Positions 11,845-24,372 of a DNA stretch of 64,000 nt are shown one piece after another. The stretch is from Octopus vulgaris (taxonomy: Eukaryota), in contig OX597814.1 in assembly GCA_951406725.2 (NCBI GenBank), positions 115,134,001-115,198,000 on the forward strand, given 5' to 3'. The notes under the pieces are model-generated. The model was not told where the DNA came from, did no database searches, and worked only from the letters and a program-made list of their open reading frames with translations. Within the stretch, counting starts at the first letter, position 1. Each line of letters begins with the position of its first letter. Position numbers and translations under genes: made by a program.

Positions 11845-12052
11845 GGCGACGAGCTGGCAGGATCGTAAGCAAGCCTGACAAAATTAGCTTCACGGCATTT
11901 CTTCTGGTTTTACGTTCTGAGTCCAAATTCTGTCGACTTCGCCTTTCATCCTTTCACGAACGATAAAATAAGTAACAGTTGAGCACAGGGGTCGATATAA
12001 TAGACAATGACCCTCCCCTAAAATTTCAAGTATTGTCCCTATAGTAGAAAGT
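11845..12052 (+). mobile_element. SINE family B (diverged)
   Basis: GGCGACGAGCTGGCAGGATCG..GCCTTTCATCCTTT..GGGGTCGATATAAT. Confidence 0.75.
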
Positions 12053-13715
12053 ACGATACTAATTCAAAAATCATCCGTTCTTTCTTTAAAATCCTTCATC
12101 CTCACTTATCATCGTATTATGTACCTTCCTAACCCATTTCCTACAAATAAAGGTCGCCCCGTTTCAAACGCTTATCCTTCATACCGCCTTAGCTTCTGTC
12201 TTAACAGACTCTCATCTGGTTCCTGTTGCATATATATCGCACCAGGCTCTTCTGTCAGACATGTTTTCTGTATCTTGACGAGTTTCATCACACAGGTTTA
12301 TAGTAAACCATCTAACAATTACCTTTTGACAGCATTACTAACACAATAAGTTTCTTCCTGTCCATCTAAGGTATTACATCGAGATAGATAGATGTTTCTT
12401 TATTGGTTACTCAGGGCTGAACACAGAAGGGACAAAATACAAAGTAGAGCTTTTCTTTTTGGGAAGAAGAGAAGAAAACAAAAAGTGGGTCGAATTCCGA
12501 TCAAAAGAGATCGTGAAAAAAAAAGTAGGGGCCGATCAATAGATAGACAGACAGACAGACAGACTGACTGACAGGTAGATAGACAAACAGGTAGGCAGAT
12601 AAATAGACAGACAGACGGATGGACATATTGTATTTTATGATTTTGCTTTGGCAGAGCGATACAAATAACCAGTTGTTAGAACGCAATATACATATGCTCT
12701 AGAGTAGAGCGTTGGCCGAATGCAAAGAATAATATCTGTTAATAAATGATAAAAGAACAGGGAGGTACATAATCGGCTTCATTAGCTTACAGTTGTTTCT
12801 GCTATTAAAAGCAATGCTCTCAGAACTGAGCGGTTGTGTATGAGCCACTAATTTTAATGGCTTCCTCCACGGTCATTAAAATAATACGCGTGTACACTCT
12901 CTCGTAAGCCTCAGTCAACTGAAAACTTACAATAAACTTTACTCTCATTAAAGAGTCTCCAAATTCCGTTATTTGAAACTATCTTTTAAAATAATTCCTA
13001 TTTAACATTTATGATACGCGCGTGCACGCAAGTGTGTGCGTGTGGGTATATGTCTATGTGTAATGGTGCTGGAAACTTCAACAATTCTTTCCTCATATTC
13101 GATCTGAGGACAATAGTGTTAGTATGCACAAAATAGTAAGTTTTCATAATCTAACGTAAGTAAACTTCATGAAAAATACAGGGAAATACAGAAAATATTG
13201 GAATATGATTCTCGACTCCGTTGCAATTTGTGCCAAAGTGGGAAGATGCATATCCTGCAAATAGGTTCTAATGGTTGAATCTGAGATCAGATCTTCTCAC
13301 ATAATGCAGACAGACACTAAAATAGCTTTTGGTCTTTTATAAATCACCTTAATGCATGTTCTGTGCGTTGATTGGATATTGATTCTGTAAGACAGCAGCA
13401 TTTTTTAAAGCTTTTCTAACCTTTCTTTTTTGAAGAGCTTCCGTGTATGCAATGTGCATAACATATATTTATACATAGTGTGTGGTATGTGTATTTGTAT
13501 TTCTATGTATGAGCATTCTCGTGCAAGAGAGCCTACATGTACGTCAATACGTACGCCCATGTATATGCATATCTATCTATATATATATATATATACACAT
13601 ATATATATAAACATACATACGTATGTACACACACTAAATATACACACACACACACATACGTATGTACACACACAAAATATACACACACACATACGTATGT
13701 ACACGCACAAAATAT

Positions 13716-13758
<43 letters not shown>

Positions 13759-14039
13759 AGTAAATAGATATCTTTCTATTACATGTACTTCTTCCTGATT
13801 TTTTCTCTTTTCCTTTCTTTCTGCTATTATTTATCTCTTAGAGTCTTTCCTTCTTACTAATCTCCACTTCATATATAGCATGCCTGCATTTCCGATTTTT
13901 CGCATTTCTCAATACTTTTAATGAAATATGGCTTTTTTGCAATCGAACCAACTTTTATTGTTCTCCTTTTAACATACTCATATTCTGTAGCTATATATAT
14001 ATTGCGCGCATGCTCACATTACTGCATGTTTGTGCGTGC

Positions 14040-14066
14040 ATCTATATCCGTCTCTGCACAAGTATA

Positions 14067-14137
<71 letters not shown>

Positions 14138-14700
14138 ACAATCATATATATATATATTTATATATGTATATGAATATATATATGCATATATATATAATGT
14201 GTGTATATACATAAATATATATGTATATATATATGTGTGTATATACATACATATATATATATGCATATATATAATGTGTGTATATACATAAATATATATA
14301 TGTATATATAATTTGTGTGTGTATACATACATATATGTGTATGTATATATATAATGGTATGTGTGTATACATTTGTATGTGTATATAGAATAGTATATGT
14401 GTATACATACATATATATATAATGGTATGTGTGTATACATATGTATGTATATATAGAATGGTATGTGTGTATACATATATATATAAATATATATATACAT
14501 AGAATGGTATATGTGTATACATGCATATATATGTATATATATATATATATATAATGGTATGTGTGTATACATATGTATGTATATATAGAATGGTATATGT
14601 GTATACATACATAGATATATATACATATATATACATATATATACATATATATATACATGTATGTGTGTATGTATATGCATGCATCTGTATGTATATATGG
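14040..14700. repeat. Compound (TA/CA/TG) microsatellite with higher-order repeat units
   Basis: Recurrent AATGGTATGTGTGTATACAT units. Similar low-complexity arrays at 13520-13760, 32620-33290, 36730-37340 and 60320-61260. Confidence 0.9.
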
Positions 14701-15339
14701 GTGTTCAAATATGAAAGTATGTCTTTCTATGCATCTTGATGGATGCGTACATGTGTGTGTCAACATAAATATATTTGTAAGTATGCATATATATTCACAT
14801 ATGCGCACCCACCCACCTACATACATATGAGAGCAAATGAGAGACTGTGTGTGCATGAAACGGTGTTATATATACATGGTTTTCTCCCTTGAAACATATT
14901 CAAGACACACTTTATGTAAATTTTATTGCTTATGATTCAAATACGTGGAGGTTTCATTGGCGTTTAGTATTATTTATAAGTGAATTTGTTTTTGTTTTGT
15001 TGCTGTATTCCATTCTTGTGCAACAGAAGACATTTCGAAACTCGGTTTCACCCCCATCCTACTTTATTTATGCTTATCTCACCAGAAACAAAAGAATGAA
15101 TGTTATGGAATTTTTAACATCCAATCGCATTCAAAATTTTGAGTATATTTCCCGTACATTTCCTATGTTAAAATTATAGATATGCTTATTTTGTTTTACT
15201 CCTCTGAATATAGGATTCGAGACACTTAGTGTAAGGATTAATAAAGCTTTCAGTTTCTAGTAAAACAAATTACGTAACGTGTTTCGACAATACTCCTTAC
15301 CTTCTTGTTTCACTCATGTTTGTTTGGAATGCTAATCCG

Positions 15340-15383
<44 letters not shown>

Positions 15384-15641
15384 TGAGGGAGATAAATTAA
15401 TATTAATTTTAATATCAATTTAAAACCAGTAGTCTAGCATACAAAAAATCTGAGAAATAAGAGAAAATTCTAATATATGTGTATATTGGTAGGGCAAGAC
15501 TGCTAGGTAGTCGGCCGTATGCTAGAAATAGATCATCAACGATCAAACTACAAAGAAAGTTCTCTAGAGGAAAATTCAGCGAACACCAGAACCAAATTTG
15601 GCGGGCAGGACAGATGAAAATTTATATAAAAAACATAATTA

Positions 15642-15718
15642 ATTACATACCCCGGTTTCGGCCTTTAACAAAAGAATTACTTAAATAATTCAAATGTCCG
15701 TGGCCTCATCAGTACAAT
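15642..15718 (-). ncRNA. Type I hammerhead ribozyme motif, intact core
   Basis: Minus strand: ATTGTA-CTGATGA-GGCC...GAATTATTTAAGTAATTC...GGCC-GAAA-CCGGGG-TA-TGTAAT. Stem I has two G.U pairs; GUA triplet. Confidence 0.7.
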
Positions 15719-15843
15719 CGTTCAGTGTAAATGCAATCTGAAAACTAACCCTAGCTTTCTGTGCCAAAACAGACACGTGTTTAGTTTTACCGATTACATT
15801 AGGTATAAAATTTCAAATGTCTTATTTCCGGCGCGCTAAAAAA

Positions 15844-15931
15844 TTCCTGAAGCGAAGAACTGCAGTAAATAATTACACCATTTTATTCCTTTCGAATTAT
15901 ACCAGTGATATCTTCGAAACATGCGTCGGAA
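15844..15931 (+). ncRNA. Degenerate type I hammerhead motif (A9 to C)
   Basis: TTC-CTGAAGC-GAAGA...TCTTC-GAAA-CATGCG-TC-GGAA. Confidence 0.45.
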
Positions 15932-16924
15932 GTAAAAGAATTTGAATAACACCTGCGTTTAACTCCATATATATATATGTATGTATAAAGTAATGAAAGA
16001 AGGGAAATGCACACAGTTTACATACAGTTTTAATACAGTTTTTGATATATTTTATAATTGAAAGAATATTGTGTTTGTCGATAGGTTTCGATTTCACTAA
16101 TCATGACATTGAAATTATTGTAATTTCGTATTTTCTTTTACACACACACACACACACACAGACAGGTGTGGATGTATATATACATAAATATATATATACG
16201 CATACGTATATGCATACATACAAACACATGCACACACACACACATATATATACACATACACATATGCAACGAGTGTGTATATGGGTAAGCATATAATATA
16301 TGTGAATACACAGAAGAAAAAAGACACTCAAAACAGACACGCCCATAAAATAAACTAAAGTCCGAATTTATGGATCAAATACTTTTCAAGTAAATGTCAA
16401 ACCCTTCCAGTTCTCAAGATGTAACAAAAAGTCAAATTTGCAGAGGAATTTCAAGAGAGTAACAATAAACTGCAAGAATATGAAGGGTAAAGGTGTTGTG
16501 TGCGTCGTAAGTGTCAAGTGATGTTCAAGTAGGATCCTCTTGAAAAATGACATCGCTTGATTGTTGTGTTGTTTTTTTGTTTTTTCTATAGGAGACAAGT
16601 GACTTAAAAATAGTGATTTAGAATTACCATCATAACAGATATATATCTAAATACCATTGCACACACAACGAATCATCGTTAAATGCAACATTTGTATTTT
16701 TAGTGACACTTCATTTCGATCGGTATCTCTTCCAGTGGTGATCTGGTGTCAAACGTAAAGTGTTTCTTTTAATAATATGATGTAACTAGCGCTTGCAAGA
16801 AGCGATGAGTCAAAGTTCAAACATACACACACACAGTAAGAAAAAGGAAGGAGGAGAATTTCGATTATCCCGACGTGTTAAGTTATAATGCAATATATAT
16901 ACATATAAAAGATAAAACGATCAT

Positions 16925-17120
16925 GAAACATGAAAACACAAAGAGAAAACACAACGCGAGGACGTGGAACAAATATAGTATTATTGGACGCTCAGGAAGA
17001 ATGGGTAGAAGGGGGGGTTAACATTTCGAGCGGAGCTCTTCGTCGGAAACATAGAAGGAAAGATCCAGAGAAGGGAAGACAGAGGGAAAAAAATCGCCAA
17101 CGGTACACACGCAGTCACAT
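16925..17120 (-). mobile_element. ~190-bp (TA)n-anchored element with minimal HHR variant
   Basis: Near-identical inverted copy at 62066-62262. Minus strand 17016-17050 reads GTTT-CCGACGA-A-GAGC-TCC-GCTC-GAAA-TG-TT-AACC. Confidence 0.7.
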
Positions 17121-17270
17121 TTATATATATATATATATATAATACGAGGGGTTTAGTTCACTTGTAATCTAAACGAATAGGTACGCTGGGTAAGTGGTAT
17201 AGTTGGTCGACCATGAGATTCCAAGGTTACAACTAAGACTGGATCTTATGTATTATATTATGAGAAAAAA

Positions 17271-17908
17271 ATCAAGCCATGGCACAACGAGTATCTCAAG
17301 TTATTTGGAATAATCTAATCAAGGTAATGTGAATTTGAAGTCTTACAGCTGTTTCTGGGATAACCCAAGTGGTTGGTCAGCATAACCGTACATTGGGTAT
17401 TCCGCCATCAAAGATAAAGTATGAATAGTTAAAAACCCAGGTAAATCTGGGCAACATATTAGCAGTGCTCTGAATGACATTTACAATAGGAATACATCAT
17501 TCAGAACATTGCCAAAATATTGCCTGGATTTCCCTGGGATTTTAGCTAAAAACCTGTACCTTCATGGAAGTAGCGACCAGCATGCATATCCTCAGGAAAA
17601 AGGTGAATTGGGAACTTTATTCTTCTGCCTATATTCTTCTAGCTACCATTACTCTTTATTCTTCAATTCTACTCCATTATTCTTCCATTTTATTCCTTAT
17701 AAACTGTGAATTTTATTCCTTGTAAACTGTAAATTTTCTCAGTCTATGATATTCGTACTTTGTCTCTGATGACAGAATACCCAGTGCATGGACAAGCTAA
17801 GCAACCACTCGGGTTATCCCAGAAACAGCTGTAAGACGTCAAATTTACCTTACCCTAATTAAATCATTCTAAATGTTTTGAGATACTCGTTCTGCCCTGG
17901 CCTTGATA
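17271..17908. repeat. Nested inverted repeat (outer arms ~155 bp, each with an HHR motif; inner hairpin 17427-17548)
   Basis: 17271-17426 is the approximate reverse complement of 17750-17908. Inner arms AAAACCCAGGTAAATCTGGGCAACAT / ATATTGCCTGGATTTCCCTGGGATTTT. Confidence 0.85.
17762..17837 (+). ncRNA. Type I hammerhead motif with palindromic stem III
   Basis: GTCT-CTGATGA-C-AGAATACCCAGTG...CACTCGGGTTATCCC-A-GAAA-CAGCTG-TA-AGAC. Base of stem II is partly mismatched. Confidence 0.6.
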
Positions 17909-18038
17909 CACACACACACACACCTAAAAGCCTGGATAATCATAGCTAGAATAAGTTACATCATACGCTTCTCCGAATGGAGTTGACACACAAATAGCCA
18001 CATACATACAAATATACATACTTATATATAAGTATGTA

Positions 18039-18089
<51 letters not shown>

Positions 18090-19204
18090 CGCACGCACAC
18101 ACAGAATTCGATGATCTTAAAGATATTCAAGACATTTTATTTTTCAACCCAGAAATAAATAAGAAAGCTTAAATAATTAATGAAATAATTTAACATTTAT
18201 CCTAAAGATACGAGTCATGTCTCAATGTGTCTTTAGTACATTCTACGATAGTATGGTCGCTATTTATTTTGATATTCTGCGAGAGCTTATGCAGGGACGT
18301 AGATGTGGGAGAGGAAACAGCTCCACTTGATTACAGTTTTGCAGATGGACGAATGGCAGAAGTTGTTAGTACTGTGATTAGGAACTAAGATACAAAAGGC
18401 GATAACGAGAAGAGATATTGATACATCTAGTTAGTCTGAACAGGAGAAATACGGAAATAAAATACAGCTGTGACATTAGAGAAGTGTATATATATTATAT
18501 TGGTTCGAAGGAGAACAGTGTGGAATGAAAAGAATGTAAAGATGATAATAGTAAAGGAAGTGATTACAGTTTGTTGGCTTGAAAGAGAGTATCTCTGAAT
18601 TTATTATTTTATGGAAGCTGAACTATTTATAGTAACAGAAGTGAGGGAAGGCCTGGTGCAATGGCTGATTAGTAAATATAGCTCTTTGGTGAGCTATTAA
18701 TTGGATTGCCTACGATTTTCAATGAGACAGAATGTTTATGTGTTTATGGGGCCTTACAACTTTTCAGCAATGCAAAAATGTGGGCTGTGCTTGTTTCATA
18801 GAATGAAGGATCCTCTGAAGTTTTTAGGAGAGCAAAAATTGCAAAGCTAAACATGATAGCTAACAGCGTGACGCAAAAAATGATGTTTAATTAAATGAAA
18901 TTAACACATGCAACGAGAAGAGAAATATTATTAGTGTTAATGTTAATTTTTATTAAGTGGGACAAGGAAAAGAACTCTGAAATTTACATTGAATAAAAAT
19001 TAGATTGAGATGTGATGGTTGGTGAACCAGGTCTTCGATAATTGATGTCACAACAGTTGACATCTTTCTCTCTTATTTCACCTCTTTAATATAACTTCTA
19101 GACAAAATACTGTATTCTCTCAAAATCATTCAAATTTGAGAGAATATAGTATTTTGTGCGAAATACTGAATACACTGTGTTTGAGAGACGTACATTCATA
19201 CACA

Positions 19205-19570
19205 CATACGTACATGCATATATATGTATGTGTACATACATTCATGCATATATACATATATATGTATGTGTACATACATTCATGCATATATACATATATA
19301 TGTATGTGTACATACATTCATGCATATATACATATATATTCACATACATATATACATGCATCTATATGTATGTGTACATACATTCATGCATATATACATA
19401 TATATGTATGTGTACATACATTCATGCATATATACATATATATTCACATACATATATACATGCATCTATATATATACATGCATCTATATATATACATGCA
19501 TCTATATATATACATGCATCTATATATATACATGCATCTATATATATATATATATATAGATATATATATA
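19205..19570. repeat. Minisatellite (~38-bp unit) grading into (TA)n
   Basis: Repeated TGTATGTGTACATACATTCATGCATATATACATATATA, then an 18-bp unit CATGCATCTATATATATA. Confidence 0.85.
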
Positions 19571-20483
19571 TATGCCAGTGTATTCTTTATTTTTGTACAC
19601 TTTCATAAGAACGGAAGTAATTTCACCGAAAGTATACCTAGAAACACATTTTAAATTATGACTTTTGCTGCTAATATAATCATCGATCGCTTTAATTTTC
19701 TGTGTAGCTTTTAACTTCCAAATTATATGCTTGCTTATTTACTCTTTGTAGGTCAGCTTTTACATTTATCCAGACAAAATATATACATTTCTTAGAAAGG
19801 ATATCAATTACCTTTACATCTATGGCAAAACGCATTGCCAGCTTGCTTGGCAAACTAACTGCCCATTCATCAAAACTAATTTATTAGTCTTTCTCGTATA
19901 TTAAAAGCAACGCGCATAATATTTGTCAGTTAATGGATTCAGTCCAACAGAAATGTTTTTGTTCTTTCTATTTTAGTTTTTCGTTAATTTTTATATTAAG
20001 CTGATGATGATACTGATAAAAGTAACAAGAAATAATATATGGATTATATTTAATTTTACTTTATATAATTTCTTCCTCCGTGTTTTTATTTATGAAATGA
20101 ACGAATCTTGTATAGATTCAATGACTATGTTTTCAAATGGATTTTATTTCGCCCAAAGTATATTATATCTCTGGATAAGTAAATCAATCGCTGGAACCAG
20201 ATTTCAGCCGAAGTATTATGCTCAGGTTATCGATTCCAAATACTTTTCTTGACAAATAGATTCACAATCACTGCCAAAAGAAAATATTTTTGTTTCGTAA
20301 ATTTGTTGTCGATAATTCACCTTTTATCATGAGATTTACTTTTCTGTCGACGTTGATTGTATATCTATTCATTCTAAAGTGTCTGTGACTCCGAGCACTC
20401 GGAATACAAATAAATTTGGGCGAATCTTTGTTAAAGAAATCTGTCAATGAATTACCAAAACCAATTATTCAGTTTCTTTTTCC

Positions 20484-20516
<33 letters not shown>

Positions 20517-20974
20517 TGTTATAGTTGGGGACAAACGCACTATCTATTTGATCTTCACTTTAGTATTGTTATTATTATTGGTTTAGTTGTCAGAGATCTT
20601 TCGTCCTACTTTCTGTGACCTCTTCTATCTGTTCTTCGTGTCACCTTTTCTTCGAATCTTCATACGTTAGAAAAACAAGATGTAATGTTTCCTAACATGT
20701 TTTAAGAGATGTTTATTTTCCCTTAAGGACAAACCATAAGAAATATGTAGATACATTTCAGTATTTCTTCTGTTACAATTTTATCCAATTCTACATTAAT
20801 AAAAGACTAGATATTATGTCTCAGTTTCTCGACTATCACCCTCTACCAACAATGAACATGTTCCTCCCATCATACTTTAACTTCTCAATATCTATACCTG
20901 CTACATTTCCTCCCGATATCGCTTACTTTCATGGAAGCTCTTTCATCACGCAAGTTACAGGAAGACTTTATCTC

Positions 20975-21190
20975 TGTAGGTGTCACGAAAACACTGCACC
21001 TTGTAGACTCTGTAAAGGAGATGCCATCAGGGATGGCACCCAGCCGTAGGCACCATGCCAAATCCGACATATTGGAGCAAGACCATTGGCTGACTGACCT
21101 TTTGGATCTTGATGAACTATCCACCCTATACCACCGTGGAAAACGAACGTATGATGATAATGGTGATGATGACATCGACGACGATGATAA
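20975..21190 (+). mobile_element. Old SINE/LINE fragment with RTE-type tail
   Basis: GGGATGGCACCCAGCCGTAG..CCATGCCAAA..GTGGAAAACGAACGT followed by a (GAT)n tail. Confidence 0.5.
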
Positions 21191-21861
21191 TTCTAGCATT
21201 AAGAGGAGCGGTAAATAACACCAGATAGATATGATGCTTAATCTAATCCCATCTCAAGAACGAGGATCCAATTCAACCCCCCACCCCCACCTCCAATATT
21301 ATAGCGAGTTCTCTAAGATGTCTATAAGTGTTCCACCTTCACTTCTAGGCAGCCCATTCTTGTCGAGTATTATTCAAAACAATGTTTTCTCCTGAGATAT
21401 TTCCGTAAAATATAATTCCAGTTTCCTTGACATTTCAACAATACATTACGTGATAATATCTCTGTAATATTTCAGCTAAGTTTTATAGCAGACTCTTTCC
21501 TACAGCCTTTCATCGAAGACACTTTTATAGTATCTCCCCGTACAAAAAAAATAACTAATTGTTGAAAGCATACAACTACTAACATTGATATTAAAAAAAA
21601 TGAAATATTTAAACTAACATTATTTATCTCTTCATTGAATTATAATAGCTGTTTTATGTTTATGTTTGGTAATATATCTCCACAAAAAAAAGCGTTGGCA
21701 TAATTTAGGTATACATTTAAGACCAAATAGGGAATTCGAAAATAACATTTCATATAAATACACGATAAACAGTTTCACTAGCTTTACATTGGCTTTCATC
21801 TGCCTGTTTTGTTGGTATTTTGTTTTCTGGATAAATTACATTGCTTTTCCCAGTTCTCTTA

Positions 21862-22244
21862 TCTCTATATATATGAAGCTGAAGTTGTCTGTGTATGGCA
21901 GGTTTGGTAGCCTTCAACTAACACTATCTCGTCAGAGAGCCTGCGGCACAAGTTGATCAAAATTGAGAGTATGATAGAAGAAGACTTGCTCTACCTTCCG
22001 TAGAAGAAAACATTCAAATCGGACCATGTTAACACCAAAAATTATTTACATCAAAACGGTGCTTTTTTTCTATGAAAATCCCTATTTTTTGCGATTTTTT
22101 GACTGCTCTGTCGTCATTTTTTTAAGTGAATTTCAACCAGAAAAATGGTCACTTAAAGAGAATAACAAGCTACATACTTTTCAATTCCAATCCTAAAGGG
22201 TCGAAAAGAAAACAAGCCCGAGCAACGCTGGGCTATACTGCAAG
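21862..22244 (+). mobile_element. Non-autonomous Helitron
   Basis: A|TC 5' end, subterminal hairpin GCCCGAGCAACGCTGGGC (22216-22233), CAAG|T 3' end (CTAG variant), no TSD. Confidence 0.6.
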
Positions 22245-22544
22245 TATATTATAAAATGCGTTTATAACAGACAATCTTGTTCCAAACCCATCAACTCTGA
22301 GCATGGAATACTGCTAGAAGTGACAGTAAAAATCATTTATAAATCACACTTTTACCATCTAAATATTCAGTATGTAAAACGTTGATTGAGATCATCGACG
22401 CTGCTACTAACTTCGTGCAACAGGCCTCGATTGGAGTTTACCTGGTGTTAAAGAACTGAAACGCAGAAAGATCGATAAATACTACGTGACAGTCGACTGC
22501 TCTATTGTTTTTAACCTATGTATGTGTATAGCTGTATACAGGAA

Positions 22545-22860
22545 GCACTCCATCGGTAACGACGACGAGTGTCCAGTTGACCCAATCAACAGAATAGCCT
22601 GCTCGCGAAATTAAGGTGCAGGTGGTTGAGCGCTCCACAGACACCCGTACCCTTAATGTATTTCTCAGGAAGTTTCAGCGTGACACAGAATGTGACAAGG
22701 CTGGTCCGTTTGAAATACAGGTACAACTCATTATGCCATCTGAGTGCACTGGAGCAACGTGAAATAAAGTCTCTTGCTCAAGGACAGAACGGGCTGCCGA
22801 GAACCGAACCCACGACCTTACGACCGTGAGCCGAATACCCTAAAAACTAAACCACGTGCA
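22545..22860 (-). mobile_element. SINE head D (CORE-like) with tail variant c
   Basis: tRNA-like head, then TCCTTGAGCAAGAGACTTTATTTCACGTTGCTCCAGTGCACTCAG; same tail as 5736-6108. A + copy lies at ~28960-29212. Confidence 0.75.
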
Positions 22861-23388
22861 CACATACATATGTACTTGTGTGTATATGCATGTGTTTATA
22901 TTTGTCTATATATGGCTCAATGCATACATTGTGTGTATGTGTGTGGATGTGTGTATATAAAACGTATATTTTCGTATAATACTTACACCTGTGCGTAATT
23001 TTTGTAGCCATACACGCCTGTGTGTGTATAATTGATATGTATGTTTATATGTAGAAAGAAATGTCGGGAGAAGAGAAGGAGAACGATAAAACAAATGTGC
23101 TGACAGATAAGTAATTGTATACTCTGGCGGATAGACGACTAGATAGAGCACAAGTAAACATATGCAGGTTGGTGAGTGAGCATATACAGGGTGTTCAAAA
23201 AGTCTCTCCGCGGTAAGTATTTCATTGCAAAATAAATATTTATAAGATAGTATGACTACAAAAGAATATATTAGACTTTACAAGAGACTTTACAGAGCTG
23301 AAACAAGTTCAAAGCGCCGCTAAGCATTTTGCCCAGCGCCATGAGGATTCTGCCGGCTCACCGCCTTAAATACCATTTTATATATTAA

Positions 23389-23420
23389 CTAGCACTATGA
23401 CCCGGCAACTGGTCGCGGAG
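23389..23420 (-). mobile_element. Helitron 3' terminus
   Basis: Minus strand GACCAGTTGCCGGGTC hairpin followed by ATAGTGCTAG|T. Confidence 0.5.
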
Positions 23421-23682
23421 AAAAGATTCTCGCTTAACACAAATAGGTGTTAGAACACAATAGTATGTTTGTGCGCGCTTGTGTGTGTGTGTGTATGTAT
23501 GTATGTGTTATATTACCAAGGCTCCCATGTGGAAGGCTTGATAATTGTTGAGAGATTTTTCTCCTCATGAAACCATTGGTGACCTTGTTAACCCACAAAT
23601 AAAGAATATGTATCTATACAATGCGGTGTTAAGCGCCGCTCATTCTCTCATGTCGACATTACTGTGTGTGTGTGTGTGTGTT

Positions 23683-23747
<65 letters not shown>

Positions 23748-23748
<1 letters not shown>

Positions 23749-23941
23749 CAGGGAAAGTTTACGAAAAAAGCAAAAGACGAAGACTGGTGGTGTACAAAAC
23801 AAACAGATGTATTAGTATAACGCTCAGGAATAAAAAAAAAGTCTTTTATGTTTCGAGCCTACGCTCTTCTACAGAAAGGGACACAGAAAAAACAAGGAGA
23901 GAAAAAAATGTGTGTAGTGGCTAACGATCTATCATGGTGAC

Positions 23942-23943
<2 letters not shown>
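23748..23943 (-). mobile_element. ~190-bp (TA)n-embedded element with HHR-like variant
   Basis: Flanked by (TA)n on both sides; shares ACGCTCAGGAA with the 16925 and 62066 elements. Minus strand 23843-23878 reads CTTT-CTGTAGA-A-GAGC-GTAG-GCTC-GAAA-CA-TA-AAAG. Confidence 0.6.
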
Positions 23944-23987
<44 letters not shown>

Positions 23988-23989
23988 GT

Positions 23990-24372
23990 TTTATCCTTTT
24001 ACATGTGTCAGTCATTTGATTGCGGCCATGCTGGAGCACCGCCTTTTAGTCGAACAAATCGACCTCAGGACTTATTTTTTGTAAGCCTAGTACTTATTCT
24101 ATCGGTTTCTTTTACCGAACCGCTAAGTTACGGGAATGTAAAAGCGTCGATTGTCAAGCGATGGTGGGGCGTCAAACATACAAACATACATACACACATA
24201 CATACGACGGGCTTCTTTCAGTTTCCGTCTACCAAATCCACTCGTAATGCTTCGGTCAGCCAGAGGCTATAGTAGAAGACAGTTGCCCAAAGTGCCACAC
24301 AGGGGGACTCGACCCGGAACCATGTGTTTTGGTTGGGAAGCAGGCTTCTTACCACACAGCCAGTCCTGCGCC
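23990..24372 (-). mobile_element. SINE family A
   Basis: Full-length match to the other family A copies. Confidence 0.85.

Noticed and set aside
13430-14856. Long ORFs rich in Y/I/H/T/C/V/M (also 19136-19654, 32603-33380, 36705-37428, 60764-61429)
   Set aside because: Translations of (TA)n/(CA)n/(TG)n microsatellites, which lack stops by composition; not proteins.
19752-19905. Acceptor-like TTTGTAG|GTC open frame as the next TRPC exon (also GGCAG|GTA near 45059)
   Set aside because: Translations show no ankyrin or TRPC similarity and run into stops without a donor.
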